This document shows, one piece after another, positions 18,588 through 28,625 of a stretch of DNA of 64,000 nt (its first letter is position 1; the number at the start of each line of letters is the position of its first letter). Source of the DNA: a bacterium (GTDB lineage: Bacteria; UBA8248). The notes beneath the pieces are model-generated. The model was given only the letters and a program-made list of their open reading frames with translations, did no database searches and was not told the DNA's origin. Location: assembly GCA_963692865.2 (NCBI GenBank), contig OY843592.1, positions 1,504,001 to 1,568,000 of the forward strand. The letters run 5' to 3'. The position numbers and the translations under genes were made by a program.

Positions 18588-19514
18588 ATGAGCAAGCCCT
18601 TCTACATCCTCTCGCTCGACGGCGGGGGATCGTTAGGTGTCTACACCCTGGGCGTGCTGGCGGAAACCGAGCGCGCGCTGGGCCGCCCGCTGCACGAGGC
18701 GTTCGACCTCGTGTACGGCGTCAGCACGGGCTCCATCATCGCCTCGATGGTCGCGCTGGGCGACCCGGTCGACCCGACGATTGCGGATCGCTATTTCGAG
18801 CTCGCGCCCGACGTGCTGGGGCCTCTGCTCGCGCGCAACAAGACGAGCGCGCTCGATCGGCACGCGCATAGAATCTACGGCGACAGGACTTTCGGGGATT
18901 TCAAGCTGGACGTCGGCATCCTCGTCACGTACGCGGAACGCGACCGCCCCATGGTGTTCAAGCGAGACTTCGCGCAAGACGGCGCGGATGGTTTCCTCTC
19001 GGTCGCGGGTCTCAAGGTTTCGGACGCGATCATGGCGTCGTGCGCCGCGCATCCGTTCCTGAAGCACAAGCGCATCGACTTGGCCGATCACGGGGAGCGC
19101 ACCGCGCTTGACGGCGGGTTCACGGCGAACAACCCGGCGCTTTTCGCCATCGCCGACGCCACCGGGCCGCTCGGCGTCGCTCGGGAGGACATCCGCATAT
19201 TAAGCGTCGGGACGGGGAGTTACCCCGAATCGAGGAAGTGGACGCGGCGGATCATCGCGGGCGTCCGGCCGCTCAGGACCTACATGACGCTCTCAAGGAC
19301 GAGTTCGAACACCGTCGACACGCTGCGCGGGCTGTTCTTCCCGGACGTCGAAACCTTGCGGATCAACGACTCGTTCACCGACCGCGCCTACGAGACGGAC
19401 TTCATGGAGCACGACCCGCGCAAGCTCAAGATGATATTCCAACTCGGGCGCAAATCCTTCGAGCGTGCGGAGGCGCGCGTGCGGGATTTTTTTGGGGATG
19501 CGCGTGGAGGGTAA
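18588..19514 (+). CDS. Patatin-like phospholipase
   Basis: LSLDGGG, GVSTG nucleophile elbow, DGG, ANNP, LSVGTG. Confidence 0.9.
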   Translation: MSKPFYILSLDGGGSLGVYTLGVLAETERALGRPLHEAFDLVYGVSTGSIIASMVALGDPVDPTIADRYFELAPDVLGPLLARNKTSALDRHAHRIYGDRTFGDFKLDVGILVTYAERDRPMVFKRDFAQDGADGFLSVAGLKVSDAIMASCAAHPFLKHKRIDLADHGERTALDGGFTANNPALFAIADATGPLGVAREDIRILSVGTGSYPESRKWTRRIIAGVRPLRTYMTLSRTSSNTVDTLRGLFFPDVETLRINDSFTDRAYETDFMEHDPRKLKMIFQLGRKSFERAEARVRDFFGDARGG

Positions 19515-19532
19515 GGGGTGAGGTTTTGACTT

Positions 19533-20065
19533 TGTAGGGGAGGACCTATGTGTCCTCCCTTTTTGTTTACCGTCCTGATCGCATTTAATCTCTGGTTGCG
19601 GGCGGACACGCAGGTCCGCCCCTACGGTCCCCATTCAAGAGGGAGAATGTGTAGGGGGTCGCCGGTCGGGATTGATCCACCGCGCGGCCTCGGGCTTAGC
19701 AGAACGCTTGACGCCCTCATCCCGGTACCCCAAACCCTCATCCTGAGTAGGCGCGTTAGCGCCGTATCGAAGGATGGGGGGCGCATCTCTACGGCAGGCG
19801 CGAATTTCGCCCTTCGATACAAACGCTCCTTCATCAGTCGCGTTTTACTTTCGACCGCTACTCAGGGTGAGGGAAAGGGGATTCGGCGGAGCCTGTCCCG
19901 AGCTTGTCGAAGGGCCCCTGCACGAGGTGAGGCGGAGCGGCGGACTGTGCAGGACGAGGAGAGGATTGCGCCGCATCGGGCTTTTTCAACAACCCCATGT
20001 ATGCGTCCCCTACACTTCCGTTGACGTGAACGACGCCGGACAGGCGTGGGGGCCTGTCCCTACGG
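19533..20065. repeat. Intergenic palindrome mosaic including an uninterrupted CATCCTGAG-family repeat (~19735-19880)
   Basis: gtaggggaggacctatgtgtcctccc; gggcggacacgcaggtccgcccctac; ctcatcctgagtaggcgcgttagcgccgtatcgaagga...ccttcgatac...ctcagggtgag. Confidence 0.75.
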
Positions 20066-20146
20066 TTGCCGTTCACGAACGATAGAAAACGTGTATCTGA
20101 GAACCACCCTTCCATCCCGCTCCGTTTGGGGTAGAATGTCCACGCT

Positions 20147-23100
20147 ATGGACGGACACTCCTTTCATCCGCTGATCGCGCGCTGGTTCGAAGAGAAGTTC
20201 TCCGAGCCGAGCGCGCCCCAGGAGGCCGGCTGGCCCGAGATTGCCACCGGGCGCGACACCCTCATCGCCGCCCCCACGGGCACGGGCAAGACGCTGGCCG
20301 CCTTCCTGTGGTCGCTCGACGGTCTGATTCGGGACGCGCTCGGGGGCGATCTGGAAGACGCCTGCCGCCTCGTCTACATCTCTCCCTTGAAGGCGCTCGG
20401 AAACGACATCCAGAAGAACTTACAAGAACCTTTGAGCGAGATCCGCGCGCTCGCGAAGAAAGAGGGCGCCGATCTTCCCGAGCTCCGCGTGGCGGTGCGC
20501 TCGGGCGACACGCCTGCGCGCGAGCGCAGGCTCATGCTCAAGAAGCGCCCCCACATCCTCATCACGACGCCCGAGTCGCTCTACATCCTCCTGACGGCCG
20601 CGCGCAGCCGGAAGGTGCTGGAGACCGCGCGCGCCGTCATCGTGGACGAGATTCACGCGGTCGCAGGGGATAAGCGCGGCGCGCACCTGGCGCTCTCCCT
20701 GGAGCGGCTCGACGCCCTTTGCGGTGAGCGCATACAGCGCATCGGCCTGAGCGCGACGCAAAAGCCGATTGAGGATATCGCGCGCCTGCTCATCGGCGCG
20801 GGGAGGAGTAGAGAGGACGGCGCTCCCGATTGCGCGGTGGTGGACGTGGGCCACAAGCGCGAGATGTCGCTCTCCATAGAGGTGGCCGATCAGGATATCG
20901 GCCCCATCGCCTCGCACGAGTACTGGGACGAGGTGTTCGACCGCATCGCCGCCCACATCGAGAGCCACCGCACGACCATCGTGTTCGTCCACACGCGGCG
21001 GCTGGCCGAGCGCGTCGCCCACCGCCTTACGCAAAAGCTGGGCGAGGGCCGCGCCGCCGCGCACCACGGGTCGCTGTCGCGCAAGATCAGGCTGGACGCC
21101 GAGGAGCGTCTCAAATCGGGCGCGTTGTCCGCCATCGTCGCCACGGCGTCCCTGGAACTCGGCATCGACATCGGCCACGTCGACCTGGTCTGCCATCTGG
21201 GCGCGCCGCGAACGCTCGCCTCCCTGCTCCAGCGCGTGGGGCGCTCCGGCCACTGGAAGGGCGCTATCCCTAAGGGAATCGTCTTTCCCATGACGCGGGA
21301 CGAACTGCTCCAGAGCGCCGCCGCGGTCCGCTCGGTGCGGGAAGGCGCGCTCGATAAGGTCATCTTCCCCGTGGCGCCGCTCGACATCCTCGCCCAGCAG
21401 ATGGTGGCCGAGGCCGCCGCGCAGGAAGAGGTGGGAGAGGAGGCGCTCTGGTCGCTCGTCCGGCGCGCGCAGCCGTACGGGGCGCTCGCGCGGGACGTTT
21501 TCGAGGACGTGCTCGAGATGCTGACCGAGGGCATTTCCACCAGCCGGGGCAGGCGCACCGCCTATCTCCACAGGGATCGCGTGAACGCGCTCCTGAAACC
21601 GAGGCGCGGGGCGCGGCTTTGCGCCATCACGTCGGGCGGCGCGATTCCCGACACGGCGGATTACGACGTGGTGGAGGGAGCGGCGGAGACCTTCGTGGGC
21701 AAGGTGAACGAGGATTTCGCCATCGAGTCGAACGCGGGCGACATCTTCCTGCTCGGAAACCACTCCTGGCGCGTGAAGCGCGTGGAGCGCGACAAGGTGC
21801 GCGTGGAGGACGCCGAGGGCCTCCCGCCCAACATCCCCTTCTGGCTGGGCGAGGCGCCCTCGCGCACGGCGGAACTCTCGGAATCCGTCTCGACGCTCCG
21901 GGCCGAACTGGCGGAACGCCTCACGGAGCCCGCCGAAGCCATCCGCCGGCTGCGCGCCGAATGCGGTCTTTGCGCGCAGGGCGCGTCGCAGATTATCGAC
22001 TACGTGCGCGAGACCGTGCGGGTGCTGGGGCGCGCCCCCACGCAACAGGAGATCGTGGCGGAGCGGTTCTTCGACGAGGCGGGCGGGATGCAGCTCGTCA
22101 TCCACTCGCCCTTCGGCGGGCGGGTCAACCGCGCGTGGGGCCACACGCTCAGGAAGCGCTTTTGCCTCACGTTCGACTTCGAACTCCAGGCCGCCGCGAC
22201 GGACGACGGCATCGTGTTATCGCTCTCCTCGCAGCACAGCTTCCCTATTGAGGCCATTTTCGGTTTCGCGCGCCTCGCATCGCTCAGGAAGGACATGCTC
22301 CAGTCCGCCTTGCAATCGCCCATGTTCACCAACCGCTGGCGCTGGAACGCGGCGCGCGCGCTCGCGCTCCCCAGGCGCAGCGGGGGCAGGAAGGTCCCCG
22401 TCGCGATACAGCGCATGCGGGCCGAGGACTTGCTCGCCGCCGTCTTCCCGGCCCAGCTCGCCTGCCAGGACAACCACCACGGCCCGGTCGAGCCGCCCGA
22501 CCACCCCCTGGTGAACGAGACGGTGGAGAACTGCCTGACCGAGGCGATGGACATCGAGAGTTTAAGGAGCCTCGTCAGAGATATGGAAAGCGGGAAGATT
22601 AAAACCTTCGGCGTGGAGACGCCCGCGCCCTCGCCCATGTCGCACGAGATTCTGAACGCGAACCCCTACGCCTTCATCGACGACGCGCCCTTAGAGGAGC
22701 GCCGCTCGCGCGCCGTGCCGCTCCGGCGCGCCCTGCCCGATGACGCGGAGAGCGCCCGGCTCGACCCGGACGTGATAGAAGAGGTGCGCGAGGGGGCATG
22801 GCCGTCGCCGCGCGACGCGGACGAGCTGCACGACGCGCTGCTCTCCCTGTGCGTATTGCCCGCGGAGGAGGCGGAAGAATGGGCCGCCCGGGTGGATGAA
22901 CTCCTCGCCCGCAACCGCGCCGCGAAGGCGGTCTGGGAGGCGGATGGCGCCTGTCGGGAAGGCTGGGTGGCCGCCGAGAGAATGGCGCTCGCCCGCGCGG
23001 CGATTCCGGGAATCAGGCTTGAGCCTGAGACGATCCCCTTCCAGGGGGACGACGGAAAAACGCCCGCGCAGGACGAGGCGGCGCTCGCCGTCGTCAGGGG

Positions 23101-24472
23101 CTGGATGGAGGCGTCGGGCCCGGTGACGGCGAATGAGCTCGCCTCGCGCGTCGGCCTCGCGCTGTCGGATGTCGAGATAGCCCTCGCCGCCCTGGAGGGA
23201 GAGGGAGCGGTTCTCAGGGGCCGCTTCGCGCGCCTCGGCGCCGGGACGCAAGTCGAGTGGTGCGACCGCGTGCTGCTGGCCCGCATCCACCGCATGACGC
23301 TGGGCAAGTTGAGGCGCGAGATAGAACCCGTCACGGCGGCGGATTTCGTCCGGTTCCTGCTCAGGTGGCAGCACGTGCACGAGGACGCCATGCTGCACGG
23401 GCGAGACGGCGTGCTCGAGGTGATCCGCCGGCTTCAGGGGCTGGAGCTTCCCGCCCCCGCCTGGGAGGAGCAGATTCTGCCCGCGCGCATCAGGAACTAC
23501 GACCCCGCCGATCTGGAGGCGCTCTGCCTCTCGGGCCTGGTCGCGTGGGGACGCCTGCGACCCGGCGCGCCGCCCGAGCCGGATGGCGACGCGGCGAACG
23601 GAAGACGCGCGGGGACGCCCCGGAGCGCCGCGCCCACGCGCCGCGCGCTCCTGGCCTTCCTGGTGCGCGAGGAGGCGGGCCTGTTCCTGAAGCCACGCGA
23701 AGCCGAAGAGGCGTGGCGGGGGAGTCTCTCCAGACCCGCGCTCGAAATACTCGACTTTCTGAAAAGCCGGGGCGCGTCGTTCCTCGCCGACATCACGGCG
23801 GCGACGGGCAGGCTGCCGACGGAGGCCGAAGAGGCGCTCTGGGAGCTCGTCGCGCGCGGCCTCGTGACGGGCGACGGCGTGGCGGGCCTGCGGGCGCTCA
23901 TCGTGAACGCGAAGGAGAAGAAAAGGGGCGAGCGCAGGCTGCGCGCCCTGCCGGGCGGGCGTGCCATATCGCGCGAGGCGAAAAAGCGCTTCATGCCCGT
24001 GGGACGCTGGTCGCTCTGGGGGAGCGCGGACGCCCCGCTCGACGCCGAAGCGGCGCGAGAAGCCCATGCGCGGCAGTTGCTCACGCGCTACGGCGTCGCG
24101 CTGCGCGAGCTGGCCGTCCGCGAATCCATTGCGCCGCGCTGGCGCGAGCTGGTTCGGGTGTTCAGGCGCATGGAGGCGAGGGGCGAGATTCGCGGCGGGC
24201 GTTTCGTCTCCGGCTTCACGGGCGAGCAGTTCGCCCTGCCCGAGGCGGTCGAGGCGCTGCGCGCCGTGCGGCGGATTCCCGCGCGGGGCAAGCCCACGAT
24301 GGTCCACGCGAGCGACCCGATGAACCTCGTGGGCGTCATCGTTCCGGGAGCGAAAATATCGCCCAGATCGCGCGAGGTCATCCTCTACCGCGACGGCCTG
24401 GCGGCCGACAGCGGCCCGCTCGGCGAGGTGCGGAGCCGGATGCGGAACGAGTCGCTCACGGGCGGGGGATGA
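20147..24472 (+). CDS. lhr: Lhr-family ATP-dependent SF2 helicase
   Basis: APTGTGKT, SPLKALGNDI, TTPESLY, DEIH, GLSAT, HHGSL, SLELGID, QRVGRSGH; long C-terminal region. Confidence 0.92.
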   Translation: MDGHSFHPLIARWFEEKFSEPSAPQEAGWPEIATGRDTLIAAPTGTGKTLAAFLWSLDGLIRDALGGDLEDACRLVYISPLKALGNDIQKNLQEPLSEIRALAKKEGADLPELRVAVRSGDTPARERRLMLKKRPHILITTPESLYILLTAARSRKVLETARAVIVDEIHAVAGDKRGAHLALSLERLDALCGERIQRIGLSATQKPIEDIARLLIGAGRSREDGAPDCAVVDVGHKREMSLSIEVADQDIGPIASHEYWDEVFDRIAAHIESHRTTIVFVHTRRLAERVAHRLTQKLGEGRAAAHHGSLSRKIRLDAEERLKSGALSAIVATASLELGIDIGHVDLVCHLGAPRTLASLLQRVGRSGHWKGAIPKGIVFPMTRDELLQSAAAVRSVREGALDKVIFPVAPLDILAQQMVAEAAAQEEVGEEALWSLVRRAQPYGALARDVFEDVLEMLTEGISTSRGRRTAYLHRDRVNALLKPRRGARLCAITSGGAIPDTADYDVVEGAAETFVGKVNEDFAIESNAGDIFLLGNHSWRVKRVERDKVRVEDAEGLPPNIPFWLGEAPSRTAELSESVSTLRAELAERLTEPAEAIRRLRAECGLCAQGASQIIDYVRETVRVLGRAPTQQEIVAERFFDEAGGMQLVIHSPFGGRVNRAWGHTLRKRFCLTFDFELQAAATDDGIVLSLSSQHSFPIEAIFGFARLASLRKDMLQSALQSPMFTNRWRWNAARALALPRRSGGRKVPVAIQRMRAEDLLAAVFPAQLACQDNHHGPVEPPDHPLVNETVENCLTEAMDIESLRSLVRDMESGKIKTFGVETPAPSPMSHEILNANPYAFIDDAPLEERRSRAVPLRRALPDDAESARLDPDVIEEVREGAWPSPRDADELHDALLSLCVLPAEEAEEWAARVDELLARNRAAKAVWEADGACREGWVAAERMALARAAIPGIRLEPETIPFQGDDGKTPAQDEAALAVVRGWMEASGPVTANELASRVGLALSDVEIALAALEGEGAVLRGRFARLGAGTQVEWCDRVLLARIHRMTLGKLRREIEPVTAADFVRFLLRWQHVHEDAMLHGRDGVLEVIRRLQGLELPAPAWEEQILPARIRNYDPADLEALCLSGLVAWGRLRPGAPPEPDGDAANGRRAGTPRSAAPTRRALLAFLVREEAGLFLKPREAEEAWRGSLSRPALEILDFLKSRGASFLADITAATGRLPTEAEEALWELVARGLVTGDGVAGLRALIVNAKEKKRGERRLRALPGGRAISREAKKRFMPVGRWSLWGSADAPLDAEAAREAHARQLLTRYGVALRELAVRESIAPRWRELVRVFRRMEARGEIRGGRFVSGFTGEQFALPEAVEALRAVRRIPARGKPTMVHASDPMNLVGVIVPGAKISPRSREVILYRDGLAADSGPLGEVRSRMRNESLTGGG

Positions 24473-24572
24473 AGTAGATAATCAATTGTAGGGACAGGCC
24501 CCCGCGCCTGTCCCTGCGAACAAGAAAACCCCGGCGGCGCGCGCCGGGGTTTCCTTGTTTCCGGAAGCGTGG

Positions 24573-25115
24573 TTACTTCTTCTTTTTCTTCTTGCGGAAC
24601 GACCTGTGGCACGCGCCGCACTGCCTGCCGATGAGGCCCACCGCCTTCCTGATGGCCGCGGGGCCGCCCTTGTAGTGGATTTGCGCGAGGGCGGCGGCGT
24701 TCGCGGCGAGGCCGTCCGCGATGAGGCCGAACTTCGCCCTGTCCTTCCAGATGGCGGGGGACGACGTCGTCTTGCCCGCCAGGGTGTTCTTCCTGAACGC
24801 CTTCTTGATCCTGGACGCCTTCTTGTACATGCCGCCCGCGGCCTGGCGCACCTGCTCCTCGACCACCCGGCCGCTGCCCTGTTTCATCGCGGTTCTGATG
24901 CGCTTCATGTCGGCGCCGATGCCGCGCATGAGTTTCCGGCGCGCCGCGACGGCGGCGTCCGCGCCGCCCTTCGTCATCTTTTTCTCGCCCGCCGCCTTCC
25001 CGGCCTTCATGGCCGCCTTCTTCTGGCCCGTCATCCTGCCGTCCGCGCAGCCCGCTGCGAGCGCGCCCGCCGCGGCCAGGACGGCCAGGCTCCTGAATAC
25101 GTCTCGTTTTTTCAT
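24573..25115 (-). CDS. Cytochrome c'/c556 (class II), probable lipoprotein
   Basis: C-terminal CGACH heme motif, ARRKLM, PAIWKDRAKF; N-terminal LAAGC lipobox. Confidence 0.85.
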   Translation of the reverse strand: MKKRDVFRSLAVLAAAGALAAGCADGRMTGQKKAAMKAGKAAGEKKMTKGGADAAVAARRKLMRGIGADMKRIRTAMKQGSGRVVEEQVRQAAGGMYKKASRIKKAFRKNTLAGKTTSSPAIWKDRAKFGLIADGLAANAAALAQIHYKGGPAAIRKAVGLIGRQCGACHRSFRKKKKKK

Positions 25116-25335
25116 GACCGGATTTCCCCCACGAAATCAGAAACGAAAAAGACAATCAGGCGGAACTGTATGAAACCCCCTCTCGGCGCCCCCGCGCGTG
25201 AAAACGAACCATGGGCGGTCGTCCGCCGGCCTTCATCGCGTATGGGTTCATGTTAGCCGAAAAGCGGTCCGGCGGCCAGCCCCGGAAAACGGGGGGGGGG
25301 TGGTTTTCAGGCCGGGAACAGGGGGGCTGGTTTCC

Positions 25336-26160
25336 GTAGGTGACAACCCCTCCTCGGGGTTGTCCCACGCATACCATGCGGCCCGTGTCGGGCGGCGAAA
25401 AAATCAGGGCCGCATGATATGTCTGACCTACGGAGCGTCTCGCGTTTGCGGAGGGGAGACCGCCCTTCGATACGCCGCCTCCGGCGTCGTCCTGCTACAC
25501 GCCTCATTCGGGTGTCGGTGTAGGGGCCGCATACCATGCGGCCCGTTCAGGTCGGGCTCCGCGGTCGCGTCGTGGAAACGTCTTCAGGAATTGCGTCGCA
25601 TGGGCGAGATTGTAATCGTCGGCGGCGAAAACCACTCTGCGCGGGTCGCATGATATGTCCGACCTGCAATACCATTTTGATTGACGGCTGTAGGGGCCGC
25701 ATATTATGCGGCCCGTCGCCGTTCGATATGCGGGTCGCATGGTATGCGACCCCTACAACAGAAACGGCAATGCCGCCGGAATGGCGGCGAACGATTCGAT
25801 GATCGGGATCCCCTCCCGCGCCAATCGGGTTTTCACCCGTAGGTCGGACATGCCATGCGGCCCATGACGGGACGGCGAAAAAACCGGGCCGCATGATATG
25901 TCAGACATATATGTCTGACCTACGGTGGGAGCCCGACCGGCGGCGGGGTTTTCAACGGCCCCGTGCGTGGTTCCTGTGCGCCCCTCGAATGACGACTGTA
26001 GGGGCCGCATACCATGCGGCCCGTCGCCGTTCGATATGCGGGTCGCGTCTGGGCGGCGAAAAAGGCCGGGTCGCATGGTATGTCGGACATATATGTCCGA
26101 CCTACAATACCGTCTTGAATGACGACCGCAGGGGCGGACGCGCGGGTCCGCCCCTGCGAA
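25336..26160. repeat. REP/BIME-like mosaic array (left part)
   Basis: Repeated gtaggggccgcat(a/c)(c/t)catgcggccc, gggtcgcatg(g/a)tatgcgacccctac and gtc(a/g)gacatatatgtc(t/c)gacctac units. Confidence 0.9.
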
Positions 26161-26384
26161 ACCTGAACCGAAGGTCGCCCGCGTTCCACAACCCTCCGGG
26201 CGGCGTTGATCCCGGCGCCCGTTTGTGAAACCTTGGGATATCCTGAAGGGTTCGTGGCGGCTCACCCGCAGGCCCGGCGCAGGCCGGTTGTCGGGGAGGC
26301 ATGAGAGACGCCGCGAAGTTCGCGCGTGAAAACCTGATTTCATTCGCCGCCGGGCGGGCGGCCCCATTTTCGAAAGGAGCGGAC

Positions 26385-26678
26385 ATGAGCGCATACGTGG
26401 TCGGACACATCACCGTGAAGGACGAGGAGGGCTTCGGCAACTACGCCGAGCAGGGGCTCGCCATCGTCGCCTCCGTCGGGGGCGAGGTGGCGGCGAGCGG
26501 ACAGCTCGTGAAGGTGCTCACCGGCGCGCACGACAGGCGGATGTTCGTCCTCCTCAAGTTCCCCGACCAGGCGGCGGTGGAGAAGTGGTATTACTCCGAC
26601 GCCTACCAGGCCCTCATCCCCGGCCGCAACCAGGCGGCGGACATCACGTTCATCTCCTACGACGAGCCGGAGGAGTAG
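26385..26678 (+). CDS. DUF1330-family protein
   Basis: MSAYVVGHITVKD...LLKFPDQAAVEKWYYSDAYQALI..R pattern; AAAGGAG SD. Confidence 0.85.
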   Translation: MSAYVVGHITVKDEEGFGNYAEQGLAIVASVGGEVAASGQLVKVLTGAHDRRMFVLLKFPDQAAVEKWYYSDAYQALIPGRNQAADITFISYDEPEE

Positions 26679-26706
26679 GCGTCCGGGGAGCGGGCGGGAT
26701 GGTCGC

Positions 26707-27560
26707 GATCCCCTCCCGCGCCAATCGGGTTTTCACCCGTAGGTCGGACATATATGTCCGACATACCATGCGGCCCGTTGTCGTTCGGTATGCGGCCCGT
26801 CGCCGTTCGATACGCGGCCCGCGTCGGGCGAAAAAAACCGGGTCGCATGATATGCGACCCCTACCACGGAAACGGCGATGCCGCCGGAATGACGGCGAAC
26901 GATTCGGTGATCGGGATCCCCTCCCGCGCCAATCGGGTTTTCGCCCGCAGGTCGGACATATATGTCCGACATACCATGCGGCCCGTCGCCGTTCGATATG
27001 CGGCCCGCGTCGGGCGAAAAAAACCGGGTCGCATGGTATGCGACCCCTACAACAGAAACGGCGATGCCGCCGGAATGACGGCGAACGATTCGGTGATCGG
27101 GATCCCCTCCCGCGCCAATCGGGTTTTCGCCCGCAGGTCGGACATATATGTCTGACCTACGGTGGGATCCCGACCGGCGGCGGGGTTTTCAACGGCCCCG
27201 CGCGTGGTTCCTGTGCGCCCCTCGAATGACGACTGTAGGGGCCGCATATCATGCGGCCCGTGTCCGGGCGGCGCGGTTTTTGTAGGTGACAACCCCTCCT
27301 CGGGGTTGTCCCACGCATACCATGCGGCCCGTCGCCGTTCGATATGCGGGTCGCATGGTATGCGACCCCTACAACAGAAACGGCAATGCCGCCGGAATGA
27401 CGGCGAACGATTCGATGATCGGGATCCCCTCCCGCGCCAATCGGGTTTTCACCCGTAGGGGCCGCATACCATGCGGCCCGTTGCCGGAGGGGCGAAAAGG
27501 CCGGGTCGCGAAAAAAACCGGGTCGCATGATATGTCAGACATATATGTCCGACCTACGGG
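26707..27560. repeat. REP/BIME-like tandem array upstream of RAYT
   Basis: ~190-200-bp units starting gatcccctcccgcgccaatcgggttttc at ~26707, 26915, 27101 and 27423, with GTAG palindromes. Confidence 0.9.
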
Positions 27561-27609
27561 ATCATCGCGTTGCCGGACGGGCGCAGGAGAAAGGGTTGCG
27601 CTTTTGGAA

Positions 27610-28143
27610 ATGAAAAAACGAAAAGCGAACAGGTTGCGCGATCATGATTATTCCGGGAGAGGATGCTATTTCGTAACCATCTGCACGCTGAAACACGCCC
27701 GGTGTTTCGGCGGGATCACGAACGAAAGGATGCGGTTAAACGAAATCGGCGTGATCGCGCACCGGCATTGGCGGGAAATTCCGAATTGTTTTCCGAATGC
27801 GAGTCTCGATGAATTCATCATGATGCCGAACCACATTCATGGCGTTTTGTTCATCGGCGATAAAACCCGCTCCACCCGCTCCGCGCGGGCCGCATGTATG
27901 AATCCCCTGCAATCGCAGCAAGAAGACATTGACCGCTCGAAGATGTATTTGTCGAAAATCATCCAGGGATTCAAATCCTCCGTCACCCGTACGGTCGGAA
28001 AACGCCGGGACGACCATGCTTTCGGCTGGCAGCGATCATTCTACGACCACGTTATCCGGGACGATGCGAATCTGAACCGCATCCGGGAATACGTCCGGAA
28101 CAACCCCCTGAAATGGGCGTTCGATAAATACAATCCGGAATGA
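27610..28143 (+). mobile_element. REP-associated tyrosine (HUH, Y1) transposase, RAYT/TnpA-REP
   Basis: RLRDHDYS..GCYFVTICT, MPNHIHG (HUH), FKS, WQRSFYDHVIR, EYVRNNPLKW; flanked on both sides by REP arrays. Confidence 0.92.
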
Positions 28144-28147
28144 CGAC

Positions 28148-28580
28148 CGCAGGGGCGACATGTATGCGTCCCCTGCAAAAACGCGTAATGGTCGCGTAGG
28201 GGCCGCATACCATGCGGCCCGCGTTCGGGCGGCGAAAAAACCGGGTCGCATGATATGTCTGACCTGCAAAAGCGCGCAATGGTCGCGTAGGGGCCGCATA
28301 GTATGCGGCCCGTTGTCGTTCGGTATGCGGCCCGCGTCGGGCGAAAAAAACCGGGTCGCATGGTATGCGACCCCTACGGGCGGCGTTCGGGTGTCGGTGT
28401 AGGGGCCGCATATCATGCGGCCCGTGTCGGGGCGGGGGGGTTGCAACGGCCCCGCGCGCCCCCTCGAATGACGACTGTAGGTCGGACATATATGTCCGAC
28501 ATAGTATGCGGCCCGTCGCCGTTCGATATGCGGCCCGCGTCGGGCGAAAAAACCGGGTCGCATGGTATGCGACCCCTACA
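28148..28580. repeat. REP array downstream of RAYT
   Basis: Several gtaggggccgcat...atgcggccc and gggtcgcatggtatgcgacccctac copies. Confidence 0.9.
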
Positions 28581-28625
28581 ATCGAATCCTGATCGACCCG
28601 CGGCGCGCCTCTCGCGCGGCCGCCG

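Noticed and set aside
18588-19514. Patatin as a CBASS effector
   Set aside because: No neighbouring CD-NTase or ancillary genes.
27286-27609. N-terminal extension of the RAYT ORF and the many ORFs in repeat regions (MICGPY/MRPL-type peptides)
   Set aside because: These are translations of REP palindromes.
25336-28580. Repeat array as CRISPR
   Set aside because: Intervening sequences are themselves repeated, spacing is irregular, repeats occur in both orientations, and there are no cas genes; the adjacent RAYT explains them as REPs.
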